NCBI GenBank assembly: GCA_964412775.1 | Contig: CAYPPX010000003.1 | Coordinates: forward strand, 75,467 to 139,466 | Direction: 5' to 3' | Length of the DNA stretch: 64,000 bases | Source: an uncultured Pseudomonadales bacterium | Lineage (GTDB): Bacteria; Patescibacteriota; Microgenomatia; UBA1400; PJMF01 | In this document: one piece after another, positions 20,284 through 29,975 of the stretch | How the letters are laid out: each line of letters begins with the position of its first letter | Position numbering within the stretch: position 1 is the first letter of the stretch | Translations under genes and position numbers: made by a program | The notes under the pieces: model-generated | What the model was told of the DNA's origin: nothing | Databases searched by the model: none | The model's input: only the letters and a program-made list of their open reading frames with translations

Positions 20284-21959
20284 TGTTCAAAGTATATAAT
20301 CGCCAATGGCGTTTCGCCATCAACGGTTGTGATTGTTTTATACCAGGTTGGTTGTACTGGAGAAAGACTAAGTTGTTTGTCAACCAATTCCTTTTTACCA
20401 GCTACAATTGTTTTTGGTTCAACAGTTTTAATTTTTGCCCAATCAAACTCATGTAATCTTACATTATCGATCACTTGCGGTTTATAGTTATTAAAAGTTA
20501 TGTCTTGATATGCTGAAACTGGGATTTGATAACCCATTAACCAGAGGTACCAGACATTATCAAAAGGTTCAATCCAAATCATATCAACTTGATTTTTGTT
20601 TTCAGCCACAATCTCAGCCAATTCTTTATAACCAGCTTGCCAGCTAGCCGCTGAGTTTGTTGGATAGACTTTGAATAAGTAATCAGCAAATAAACTAACT
20701 ACTAAAATCACTAAAGAAACTAAGCCTAGGTTCAAAACTAACTTAAATTTTTTCAAAAATTGCCAATTATTTAAGTCTGTAATCAGCCAATAACTACCCC
20801 AAGCAATTACTAAAGATAATGGCACTAAAGCATTTAGAGTTCTCAACGCGTGAGGAGTTGTTTCTGGCACTGAAGCCGGTAGTAAAGCCATTACCCACCA
20901 AATTAAAAATAATAAACCTTGTCGCCAATATTTAGGAAAGAATTTATACCAACCATAAATAAAACTAGGTAAGAAGATCCATAAAAATAGACCGTGTTGA
21001 CCGGTACCATGACGTAAATTAGGATCACCAGCTAAAAATAGGAAATCAGCCGACATGTTATCAGCATAATTTTGCGCTAGTTCACGAGCAATTAAAACAT
21101 AAGGATGATAGGTAATTTTATCTAACAAATTATTGCCAGCAAGTAACTTGTATTGGTTACTCACTACTGGCCAATTTTCTTTATTTAAGACAGAAATAGT
21201 ACTCAGGCGAAATTGATTACTTACTTCGTAAAGAGGAGAGTTGTACATTGGTTTTAAACTCACTAAATAAATAATTAAGGGTAAAACTAAGAAGCCACAG
21301 GTTATCTTGAGATAATCTAAAAGTGATCTTTTTACTTTAAAATCAATAATTAATAACAAAGTTACCGCTATCAGTAGCACTGGCCAAATAAATCTAACCG
21401 AAAAATAAGTATAAGTAGCCAAACCACCAACTAACGCGGCTAAGCTACTCCACTCTCCCCACTTTTGTTTTTTGAGCATCAGCCCAACACTTACCAAAAC
21501 TAAAAATTGAGCCACATGCCCCTCAAAAGCAGTTCTAGAAAACATCACTGACCAGGGGGCAACAGCAATAACAGTTATTACTGCTAAACGTAACCAAGTT
21601 TGGTTTTTGAATTGAGGAAAAAGTTTCTTAATTAGTGAACCAGCTAATAAAATTGTGCTGATACCAGCAATGGCACTTGGTAACCTAACTGCCCATTCAT
21701 TTATCCCAAACAATTTGATGCTCAAACTTGCTAACCAAATATAAACAGGCAGCTTATAGTCGCCATAGGATGGAAAAATAGCCTGCCACATCGAGTTGCC
21801 ATGCATATCCTGACCAGTCTCAGCGATAGCTTTAGCATCAACCAAGATGGCCATTTCATCCCAATATAAAGCCACTGGTACAACTCCAAGTTTGTAAAAT
21901 CTCAAGAAAACAGCCACTAATAGCAAAATTACGGACAGAAAAATCGGCCATTTTTTCAT
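20280..21959 (-). CDS. GT-C fold glycosyltransferase, PMT/ArnT-like
   Basis: ALYWDEMAILVDAKAI DE motif, polytopic, C-terminal soluble domain. Confidence 0.6.
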   Translation of the reverse strand: MKKWPIFLSVILLLVAVFLRFYKLGVVPVALYWDEMAILVDAKAIAETGQDMHGNSMWQAIFPSYGDYKLPVYIWLASLSIKLFGINEWAVRLPSAIAGISTILLAGSLIKKLFPQFKNQTWLRLAVITVIAVAPWSVMFSRTAFEGHVAQFLVLVSVGLMLKKQKWGEWSSLAALVGGLATYTYFSVRFIWPVLLIAVTLLLIIDFKVKRSLLDYLKITCGFLVLPLIIYLVSLKPMYNSPLYEVSNQFRLSTISVLNKENWPVVSNQYKLLAGNNLLDKITYHPYVLIARELAQNYADNMSADFLFLAGDPNLRHGTGQHGLFLWIFLPSFIYGWYKFFPKYWRQGLLFLIWWVMALLPASVPETTPHALRTLNALVPLSLVIAWGSYWLITDLNNWQFLKKFKLVLNLGLVSLVILVVSLFADYLFKVYPTNSAASWQAGYKELAEIVAENKNQVDMIWIEPFDNVWYLWLMGYQIPVSAYQDITFNNYKPQVIDNVRLHEFDWAKIKTVEPKTIVAGKKELVDKQLSLSPVQPTWYKTITTVDGETPLAIIYFEQ

Positions 21960-21983
21960 AACACTATCGTAACAAAAAACTTG

Positions 21984-23819
21984 TTACATTTCCTCTGGTG
22001 TTTGCACACCCAGTAAACCCAAACCATATTCCAAAACATTAGCAGTTGCTTGAGTCAGAACAGTTCTTCTTTCTCTGGCATCAGAGTTTTCAGCATTAAT
22101 AATTTGGTGAGTATTATAAAAAGCATTAAAACGTTGAGCCAATTCAAAAAGGTAACCAGCTAAGTGATGAGGGGCAAACTCAGCGGCTGCTTTTTCTACT
22201 AACTCAACAAAACGATCTAAATGACGAGCTAAATTTAGCTCAACAGCATCTAATTTCCAAGAATCATCACCAAAAGCTGGTGAAAACTCTTCTAGAGCGG
22301 CTTTTCTCAACACACTTTTGGCTCTAACAGCCGCGTATTGAACATAAGGGCCGGAATTACCCTTCATACTGAGAATTTCATCCCAATCAAAAATAATATC
22401 GCGACTGGTTTCACTTTTGAGATCATTCCATTTCAAAGCACCAATGGCCACAGCATCGGTAGAACTCATTAATGAAGAAGGTCTTAATGTTTTTGGTCTA
22501 TTTGATGATCTAGAAATTACTTCTGTGTCTTTAAACTCTAAAGTATGTTTTGACATTAAACGAGCTCGTTTTTTGGCTTCATCAATTACATCTTCCAACC
22601 AAATCACATTACCTTTTCTAGTCGACATTTTTTTGTCTTTAAAGCGGTATAAACCATGTTTTACATGAACTCTTTGGCCTGGTTGATACCAACCCATGAT
22701 TTGTTCGACGGCATAGATCTGTTGAAAATATAAAGCTTGTTCAGCACCGACTTCATTCACAATTAAGTCTGGTTTTTCTTTTTTCAACCTATAGTAATCA
22801 GTGGCAAAATCTCGAGTGGAATACAAAGTAGCGCCATCTTGCTTCAACACCATTAGTGGCGGATATTGATCATTTTCAAAGAAAATTAATTTTGCACCAT
22901 TTTCACCTTCAGCACAATGAGCTCCATTAGTTACTGCATCCTCTGGAGTAAGCTTAGACTCTAGCAATTTAACTACTTCAGTCATTTTATCTTCAAAAAA
23001 TGACTCACCGTAACCTCGACCATTATTTTCTGAAAAAGATACTCCTAATTCACCATAAATTTGTTGAAATTCTTGCCAAGATAAATCAATACACCATTGC
23101 CATAATGCTTTGGCTTCTGGATCACCTTCTTCTAGTTTTTTAAACCAAGCTCGACCAGCATTTTCAATTTCTGGTTCTTTTTCAGCCTCATCATGAAATT
23201 TAACATATAGTTGAACTAACTCTTTAATTGGTCGGTCTGACTTTGCAATTTCTGCTTGTTTACCCCAAGTTTTAATTGCATAGATTAATTTACCGAATTG
23301 AGTACCCCAATCACCAAGATGGTTATCTCTCAAAACCTGCCAACCAATCGCTTCATAAAGATTAGCGATCGCATCACCAATAATTGTCGAACGTAAATGA
23401 CCCACCGTAAACGGCTTAGCAATGTTGGGTGAAGAATACTCAACGATTACTTTCTTGGCTTTATTTTTTGTGGTTAATTCTTTAAATAAAGCTTGAGGTT
23501 TAGTTTCAGCTAGTTTAATTGTCTGGGTGCGAAAATATTCATGAGCCAATTTAAAGTTAATAAAACCTGGTCCAGCAATCTCAATCTGCCAAACTTCAGG
23601 CAATTCAGCTAAATTACTTTTCAATTCACTAACAATCTTTTCGGCTAGGGCTCGAGGATTATTAAAACCTTCAATTTGCTTGCAATATTGTAAAGCAACA
23701 TTAGTGCTCCAATCACCATGATTTTCATCGGCTGGATGTTCTAAGTTAACTCTGGGATTAGTAATCCCTAAGTTTATTAAAACAGCATTGATTTGTTGAT
23801 GTAATGAATTAACTAACAT
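21984..23819 (-). CDS. argS: Arginine--tRNA ligase
   Basis: N-terminal add-1 domain, class I HIGH-region equivalent (PNIAKPFTVGHLRST), DALR anticodon-binding domain at the C-terminus. Confidence 0.85.
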   Translation of the reverse strand: MLVNSLHQQINAVLINLGITNPRVNLEHPADENHGDWSTNVALQYCKQIEGFNNPRALAEKIVSELKSNLAELPEVWQIEIAGPGFINFKLAHEYFRTQTIKLAETKPQALFKELTTKNKAKKVIVEYSSPNIAKPFTVGHLRSTIIGDAIANLYEAIGWQVLRDNHLGDWGTQFGKLIYAIKTWGKQAEIAKSDRPIKELVQLYVKFHDEAEKEPEIENAGRAWFKKLEEGDPEAKALWQWCIDLSWQEFQQIYGELGVSFSENNGRGYGESFFEDKMTEVVKLLESKLTPEDAVTNGAHCAEGENGAKLIFFENDQYPPLMVLKQDGATLYSTRDFATDYYRLKKEKPDLIVNEVGAEQALYFQQIYAVEQIMGWYQPGQRVHVKHGLYRFKDKKMSTRKGNVIWLEDVIDEAKKRARLMSKHTLEFKDTEVISRSSNRPKTLRPSSLMSSTDAVAIGALKWNDLKSETSRDIIFDWDEILSMKGNSGPYVQYAAVRAKSVLRKAALEEFSPAFGDDSWKLDAVELNLARHLDRFVELVEKAAAEFAPHHLAGYLFELAQRFNAFYNTHQIINAENSDARERRTVLTQATANVLEYGLGLLGVQTPEEM

Positions 23820-23982
23820 ACCTACTCAGATTATATCGTCTAAGAGGTCGACAAGAAAGGGTAAAGATAAAAACTTAATTAAATTTTTACCATAATTTAT
23901 GGTAGGAAAAATCTAAAGTTAAAAAGGTTTAAGACGAGAAATAGTTGTTTTTAGACTCTTAAACCCTGGTAAAGCAAACGTG

Positions 23983-24012
23983 AAGGGGAAACAACAGTTG
24001 TGTCTCCCCTTC
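23983..24012 (-). terminator. GC-rich stem-loop, possible terminator of the lipoprotein gene / insulator before the argS promoter
   Basis: GAAGGGGA...TCCCCTTC perfect 8-bp stem, extendable through ACAAC/GTTGT, flanked by A-rich and T-rich tracts. Orientation is ambiguous. Confidence 0.35.
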
Positions 24013-24046
24013 AGTTTTTATTCAATTGTTAGCCAGGAAGAACTGC

Positions 24047-25111
24047 TTATTCAGCAGTCAACCACATGGCCAGCGGTGGCTTGAAACCAGCAGGAGCAAA
24101 CCTTTGGTCGCCAATCCAGATACGGGCAAAGTTGCTAGCTCCACCCTTTTCATTGTCCAGATAGAGCTGACTGGATGGTTTACCCTGCAGGGTTTGGCGG
24201 CTGAACATCAGTTCCAAGTAGGCATTCGCCATACTTACTGCCCAAGCCTCTTTTTCGGTGGCATTACTGCCACGAAGAGAAGTGTAGACATACCCAGAGC
24301 CATTGACCATGCCTGCGGGACAAACCTCGGCGAAGTTAAATTTCTGCCCGGGGTTAACGAACACCTGGAACACACTGCGTTGGTCCTTGATACCGGGGTA
24401 CTCAGGCTTGCCCTTTTCACAGGTAATCATGAATGAAGCAAATTGCGCTTCATCCAGCCAGATAACATCAGGCTGGGTCTCGGCCTTTTCTGCCTCCAGG
24501 ATCATGCCTTTGAGGGAGACGAATGTCGACTGGTACCAATCTGCATTGGCAGTAACATCAGTCCAGGTTCCTAGTGGGGCTGTGTAGTAGCTCCATCCTT
24601 CAGGCAAGCCGCGCTTAACCATTCCAGGCAACATTCCGCTGATTTCCAATGGTGAGTAATACAGCGAATCATTGGGAAATAAATCCGCTGCCGCTGCAAA
24701 AGCGTCGCCACGGTCATCACCAGGCTTCAACTGCACCAAAGTCAATTTGTTGTCCTCGCTAATAGCTGGGGCTTCCAGCTGGTAGTTTGGCGCAACAATG
24801 ACTGTTTTTCCCCCAGCATTCAGTAGCGTCCAGGCATTATAGGGGCCCAAGACGTCATTGAAGTTGTAGGTATTGATGGCGCTGGTTGGAGTTGCTGATG
24901 GAGTTCCAGTTGGCAAATCAGTCGCTGTCAAAGCGACCACCGTCCCCTGTTCCGTTCTGGTGGGTAACGGTGTTGCCACATCTGGCGTTGAAGTAGGCTC
25001 TGGCGTATTGGTAGCCAGACTTGGGGTCTGAGCGCCAAGTTGACAGCCACTCAGACAAACCAGCAACAAAATCGTGATGAAGATGCTGGTTTTGGGGTAG
25101 TTTGTGAACAT
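24047..25111 (-). CDS. Secreted lipoprotein with Pro/Thr-rich linker; compositionally foreign (GC about 50 %)
   Basis: Signal peptide with lipobox LSGC, then TPEPTSTPDVATPLPT...TGTPSATPTS linker. GC is sharply higher than its flanks. Confidence 0.6.
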   Translation of the reverse strand: MFTNYPKTSIFITILLLVCLSGCQLGAQTPSLATNTPEPTSTPDVATPLPTRTEQGTVVALTATDLPTGTPSATPTSAINTYNFNDVLGPYNAWTLLNAGGKTVIVAPNYQLEAPAISEDNKLTLVQLKPGDDRGDAFAAAADLFPNDSLYYSPLEISGMLPGMVKRGLPEGWSYYTAPLGTWTDVTANADWYQSTFVSLKGMILEAEKAETQPDVIWLDEAQFASFMITCEKGKPEYPGIKDQRSVFQVFVNPGQKFNFAEVCPAGMVNGSGYVYTSLRGSNATEKEAWAVSMANAYLELMFSRQTLQGKPSSQLYLDNEKGGASNFARIWIGDQRFAPAGFKPPLAMWLTAE

Positions 25112-25346
25112 AGTTCACCTCTTTCTCCAAAGTTTGAGTCATGAACAAGTCCTGCCCATGCCAGCCACCCTTTGGGAGTGACTAGCTTGGCAAGACTTGA
25201 CTATTTCTCGTCTTGTTAAAGAACTTCACTTGCCCCAAATTAGAACCGCAAAAAAAGAAGGCTCCACTTGAGTAAGTGAAACCTCCATTATATCGCGTCC
25301 TTATAACTTTTTCAACTGGACTATATTTTATAAACTATTTCAATAA

Positions 25347-25640
25347 TTATTCTTTAATAATTTGTTCATCTGGATGAATAACAAATTCTTTCATCATGGC
25401 AGCAATAATACTTAATAATACTGCCATATCGCTTTCAATAGTTTTATCTTCTTTTAATGGAATTAATTCTTCTCTCAGAAAAAAATTGCTTAAACAAACA
25501 ATCATTCCCGGATCATCTAAATCTTCAACTCGATCAACTATGGCCATGAGTGATTCATATTGAGCACTCAGCCCTTTTTCTTTCATGACTCCAGCTAATT
25601 TTTCAGCTGCGGCTCTTAATCCTTGTTCGCTTCCAGGCAT
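25347..25640 (-). CDS. Small acidic hypothetical protein (97 aa)
   Basis: ORF in the same operon as the three upstream small ORFs. No recognisable motif. Confidence 0.4.
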   Translation of the reverse strand: MPGSEQGLRAAAEKLAGVMKEKGLSAQYESLMAIVDRVEDLDDPGMIVCLSNFFLREELIPLKEDKTIESDMAVLLSIIAAMMKEFVIHPDEQIIKE

Positions 25641-25725
25641 AAACGCTCTTTCTCGGCAGGTTAATATTGAGTAATTATACCCCCAAACACAAAATGTTGT
25701 ATATTTTTGAAAAAATTTATAAAAA

Positions 25726-25989
25726 TCAGGTTGTTTCAGCCTGTTTAAGCTTATTTGCCAATTCAGCCATTAAGTCAGCATAAGTATCAGCGTCTATCTC
25801 TTGTAGAACGATAGTCACTTCAGCAATTTCCAAAAAACTGATAAATTCTTGCAAAGAATAAACATTTTCATTGTAGTCAAGCCACCATAAAAAAGTTGTC
25901 AAACTATCAGCCAAATGACGATCAAGTAGTTCTGCAACTAACTTTTCTGTTTTTAATCTTAAACTAGTCTTTTCTCTTGGTTCAATCAT
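25726..25989 (-). CDS. Small acidic hypothetical protein (87 aa)
   Basis: ORF in tandem with the other small acidic ORFs. No recognisable motif. Confidence 0.4.
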   Translation of the reverse strand: MIEPREKTSLRLKTEKLVAELLDRHLADSLTTFLWWLDYNENVYSLQEFISFLEIAEVTIVLQEIDADTYADLMAELANKLKQAETT

Positions 25990-25991
25990 GA

Positions 25992-26408
25992 TTATTTTTT
26001 GGCTGTTGATGTTTCTTCTGCTAAAACATCAGCAACTAATTGTGCAAAAAGCTTATAAGTTTCTTCTAAATTAGCTTTAGCTATTTCATCTTTAACTACA
26101 TCCATTTCAAGCGTAATTTGCAGAACCTGATATAAACGATGGGCAAAATCATAAGAAGCTTTGGTCATTAAACCTTCTAGACAAGTTAAAATCTCGGTCG
26201 ATTCCCTTGTTTTTCCAGCTTTGGCTAAAGCCTCAACTACCGGCACTAACTTAATAGAAACAACCTCTAATTCTTTACTAACTTCTTCTGGAATTCGACC
26301 ATTAATCAGTTCTAAATATAGCATTAAGGTTTCAACACTCTTAAAAATTCCCAAATCACTAAGTAAACTTTCATAACCATCCTTCAAAAGCTGAAGCATG
26401 GCATGCAT
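25992..26408 (-). CDS. Acidic helical hypothetical protein (138 aa)
   Basis: ORF in tandem with the other small acidic ORFs. Its ATG overlaps the stop codon of the unlisted upstream 53-aa ORF (TAAATG). Confidence 0.4.
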   Translation of the reverse strand: MHAMLQLLKDGYESLLSDLGIFKSVETLMLYLELINGRIPEEVSKELEVVSIKLVPVVEALAKAGKTRESTEILTCLEGLMTKASYDFAHRLYQVLQITLEMDVVKDEIAKANLEETYKLFAQLVADVLAEETSTAKK

Positions 26409-26568
26409 TTAGCTTAGAACTAGTTCATCAGTATCAGCAAATTCAACTTGCCAACGCAAGTATTCTGGATTTACTGGCACATCACTCCGACCATCTAAAA
26501 TTCTAGCAATTGATTGAGCTGCAATAATTGCATCTAGTTTAGTTGGTTTTTTATTAGCTTCTGTCATA
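26407..26568 (-). CDS. Unlisted 53-aa ORF (MTEANKKPTKLDAIIAAQSIARILDGRSDVPVNPEYLRWQVEFADTDELVLS), first gene of the small-protein operon
   Basis: Read directly from the reverse strand. Stop codon overlaps the ATG of 25992..26408. Confidence 0.3.
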
Positions 26569-26686
26569 AATTTATCTTCAAGCTTATCTATTGACTTAAT
26601 ATTATAAACATATATATTTTATACCATTTTAGATAAAATGCCAGTATATTTTAATACTATAGGATAATAATTATCAGGTCTTTAAT

Positions 26687-28336
26687 TTATTCTGTCACTT
26701 TAACCAACCAAGTTTCATTTGCAAAATTAGCCGTAATAGCTGGAGTTTTAGTCACTTCATTTAGAGTATTAATAAACTTAATGTTTTTAAATTCTAAAAA
26801 TTCAGCTTGATCTTTTTTAACTACTTGATTGGCGACCTGAACTTCTTCTGGGTCTGTCTTGGTATAAAACCAATAATACATTGCTGGCCTACCCTGTTCT
26901 CTCGTAATATAGACTGGTAAATCAGGATTATCACGCTGAAGTTTAGTTACTGCCTCAACCATTTGTTGATAACCCACTTGCCATTCATGATCATATAACT
27001 TGGGATAAACATTGAGCAAGTGTCTGTAAAATCCACTAAAAACCACTAAATACAAACCAATAAAAACAAAACCTAGTAAGTAGCTTCTTAAATTCCTTAT
27101 TTTTTCATTAAAACAAAAAAACTTACTTGCTAAAAATTCATAAACTTCATATAAACCATAAGTTAATAAAATTATAAAAGCTGGAGCTGTAGGTAAAATT
27201 CTCAAGGCATGAGGTACTGGCTGAGAAATAGCAGCCGGTAATATTCCAATAATTAACCACCATAAAATAAATAATTTTTTATCAAAAGAAAACTTCTTCA
27301 ATAATACCCATGAACCAACAATCAAGAATAGCACTTCAAATGGATAAAACAAACCAAAATATTGTGAGGAATGACGAGCAATAGCATCACCACTAATAAA
27401 CAAAAAATTAGTTGAAAAATGAGCAAAAAACTGGCTAATAATTAATTTAGCAAAAAACCAATAACGATGGAAAACCAATCTTGTCCACCAATCATTATGG
27501 TATAAACTTTGGAAATAATTACTTTCACTAATAATTTCTAAATTAGAAAAAATCGTGGTTTCAGCTATTCTTTGGCCAAGCACCGGTGAACCCAAAACCT
27601 TAATAAATGGCAACAATAAAAGTATTAAAATTGAAAATATAAAACCAATTTGAAAAAATAATGGTTTTAAAGTTTTGTTAATATTTAGATAGGTTATTAA
27701 ATACCTAAAACCTAAAAATAAACCCAACATTGGGCCAATTAGTCTGGCCGAGTGATAAATATATATTGATAAAACTAAAAAAATTACACTCCAAATAAGA
27801 CTTTTAAAATCATGGTATTTATTTTTTAAATCAAAACTTTTCCAACCAAAAGTCACACCCAATAAAATAAAAAAAGTAGCCAAGTTAACCTCCCAACCAG
27901 CTCTAGAAAATTGAATTAACCAGGGAGAAATGCTTGCCAGTAACATACCAATCAAAGAAAGTTTTTGTCTAGCTTTTTCAGGTAAATAATCAGTTAATAA
28001 ATAAATCAACCAACCCAGCACTAAAACAATTAAAGTCCCAGCAATTACCGAAGGCAATCTGACTGCTAAAACATTCAGACCAACTAATTTTATAAACGGC
28101 ACAATTGCATAAAAATACCCAGCTGGCTTCCAATCACCAAATGACTCAAAAGCCACTAATGGATACGAATTACCATGATGATCTTTACCAGTTTCTAAAA
28201 TTGAATAAGCATCATAACCTAGAGCCACCTCTTCCCAGTATGGAGCTGGTGGGGAACTAGTTACTTGATAAACACGAATAACCAAAGCCAAGGTTGTAAT
28301 CAAAATAATGCTAATAATAAATTTAAATTTTGACAT
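26687..28336 (-). CDS. GT-C fold glycosyltransferase, PMT/ArnT-like
   Basis: APYWEEVALGYDAYSIL acidic first-loop motif, polytopic. Confidence 0.6.
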   Translation of the reverse strand: MSKFKFIISIILITTLALVIRVYQVTSSPPAPYWEEVALGYDAYSILETGKDHHGNSYPLVAFESFGDWKPAGYFYAIVPFIKLVGLNVLAVRLPSVIAGTLIVLVLGWLIYLLTDYLPEKARQKLSLIGMLLASISPWLIQFSRAGWEVNLATFFILLGVTFGWKSFDLKNKYHDFKSLIWSVIFLVLSIYIYHSARLIGPMLGLFLGFRYLITYLNINKTLKPLFFQIGFIFSILILLLLPFIKVLGSPVLGQRIAETTIFSNLEIISESNYFQSLYHNDWWTRLVFHRYWFFAKLIISQFFAHFSTNFLFISGDAIARHSSQYFGLFYPFEVLFLIVGSWVLLKKFSFDKKLFILWWLIIGILPAAISQPVPHALRILPTAPAFIILLTYGLYEVYEFLASKFFCFNEKIRNLRSYLLGFVFIGLYLVVFSGFYRHLLNVYPKLYDHEWQVGYQQMVEAVTKLQRDNPDLPVYITREQGRPAMYYWFYTKTDPEEVQVANQVVKKDQAEFLEFKNIKFINTLNEVTKTPAITANFANETWLVKVTE

Positions 28337-28349
28337 TTTTTAGATAGTA

Positions 28350-29975
28350 CTAGTTACTTAAATTTAAATAAATTCTAAACCTTTCACTACCATCACTTCC
28401 ATAAATAATTTTGTCAGCCTGATCATTTTTACTCAATAAATCATCAGTTTCACTTGCTACGACAATCGTATTTTCTCTCTCCAAATCACCAATCGTTACT
28501 TCATCTTTAAATTCATATTTAATTAAAGAACCACCCTGGTACCAAATTGGATTAGTTTTTCTGGCAAATAGTGCATAAATATATGGTTGTCCATAATCGG
28601 CAGTAAAAATAATTTTATCAACTGGTTTTTTATTATCCAAAGTTTTTTCATAGGGAATTACAAACTCAAATGCAGCTAAATAACCATCTTGAAAATCTGT
28701 TGCACTAGCTTTAGCAAAATTAGTGTAATAACTAAACAAATAACTACTAAATAAGATTAAGTGGGCAACTATAAACATTAAAAACACTACTATTTTGTCT
28801 TTAAAATTAGCTAACAACTGTTTCAAGCCCAAGGTTGCTAATAGTAAAAACCCAGGTATAGCCAAAATTCCTCGATTACTATGTGGTACTTCAGTACCTA
28901 AAATAGCTGGCAATAAACCCAAGATAATGAAAGTTAAAGCAAAACCAGTCAACTTATCGCGTTTATTTAGCCAATTAAATAAAGCCACTAAAGCCACTAA
29001 ACCAGTAGTTAAAAATAAAACCCCCCAACGGCCATCACCATGTCGTAAAGTTGTTGTCTGGCCAAAAAATAAAAACTGTGGCGTAAAATGAGCAAAAGTT
29101 TGAACAATAATTACTCTAATCAACTCAAAAAAACTTAGACTTTGAGAAAAAATTAGTGTACCTGCACGTTCTAAACCTTTACCAAATAATGAATCATAAA
29201 CAAAAGGAGCTAAACTAATTAAACCTAAAATTATTGGTGTAATAAATCTTTGCCAATATTTTAATAACTCTGTCTTTCTCTGCCAAACCAACCATAAACC
29301 AACTAACGGAACTACTAATTTAGCACTGTGATAACTGTAAATAGCAGCAACGAAAGCAAAGATAAAAAGAATTAACCAATAGTTTTTCTTAGTTTTAATA
29401 TTCTCCCAAAACTTTAACCAAAAAAATAATCCCCAAATTAAAAAACCCAAAGCCAAACCAGATTCAAAACCAGTTCTAGAATAGTGTAAATGCCATGGAG
29501 ATAACGTTATTAAACCACCAGCTACAACAGACCAAAAATTAGCTAATTCCTCTTTTTCTCCCGCTTCTTTGAATAAAGCTTTAACTAATAACATCAGACC
29601 TAAAACTGTTAACACCCCGAAGAAAGCAAAAGGAAATCTTACTCCAAATAAATTTAGACCAAAAATAAAAGTGAAGAAACCATTTAAATAAATGGCCAAA
29701 GGAGCTTTGTAATCACCAAACGACCAAAAAGAAATTGGCAACTTTTTTAACCATTCATCTCGACGTGTAGTAAAAATAGCATAACCATTATAACCAATAG
29801 CAGCCTCATCCCAAGTCATACCGTGAGGCACAACTCCCAATTTATAAAACCTCAATACTGTAGCAATCAATAAAATAATCAATACACTCCAAAAAAATTG
29901 GCGTTTAGTTAAAGAAAAATTAAAATTCAATAGTTTTTTCATGAATTCATTACTAATAACCAGTATGGTTTCCAT
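28350..29975 (-). CDS. GT-C fold glycosyltransferase, PMT/ArnT-like
   Basis: GMTWDEAAIGYNGYAI DE motif. The likely true start is the internal Met (MKKLLNF), which is ATGA-coupled to the upstream gene. Confidence 0.6.
   Translation of the reverse strand: METILVISNEFMKKLLNFNFSLTKRQFFWSVLIILLIATVLRFYKLGVVPHGMTWDEAAIGYNGYAIFTTRRDEWLKKLPISFWSFGDYKAPLAIYLNGFFTFIFGLNLFGVRFPFAFFGVLTVLGLMLLVKALFKEAGEKEELANFWSVVAGGLITLSPWHLHYSRTGFESGLALGFLIWGLFFWLKFWENIKTKKNYWLILFIFAFVAAIYSYHSAKLVVPLVGLWLVWQRKTELLKYWQRFITPIILGLISLAPFVYDSLFGKGLERAGTLIFSQSLSFFELIRVIIVQTFAHFTPQFLFFGQTTTLRHGDGRWGVLFLTTGLVALVALFNWLNKRDKLTGFALTFIILGLLPAILGTEVPHSNRGILAIPGFLLLATLGLKQLLANFKDKIVVFLMFIVAHLILFSSYLFSYYTNFAKASATDFQDGYLAAFEFVIPYEKTLDNKKPVDKIIFTADYGQPYIYALFARKTNPIWYQGGSLIKYEFKDEVTIGDLERENTIVVASETDDLLSKNDQADKIIYGSDGSERFRIYLNLSN

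Noticed and set aside
21960-21983. Short hairpin GTAACAA-aaaac-TTGTTAC between argS stop and the next GT-C start
   Set aside because: A 7-bp AT-rich stem in a 24-nt gap that must also hold the RBS. Too weak to call a terminator or attenuator.
26569-26686. Possible promoter (TTGACT ... TATAAT-like) upstream of the small-protein operon
   Set aside because: Several overlapping AT-rich hexamers. Strand and spacing could not be resolved convincingly by eye.
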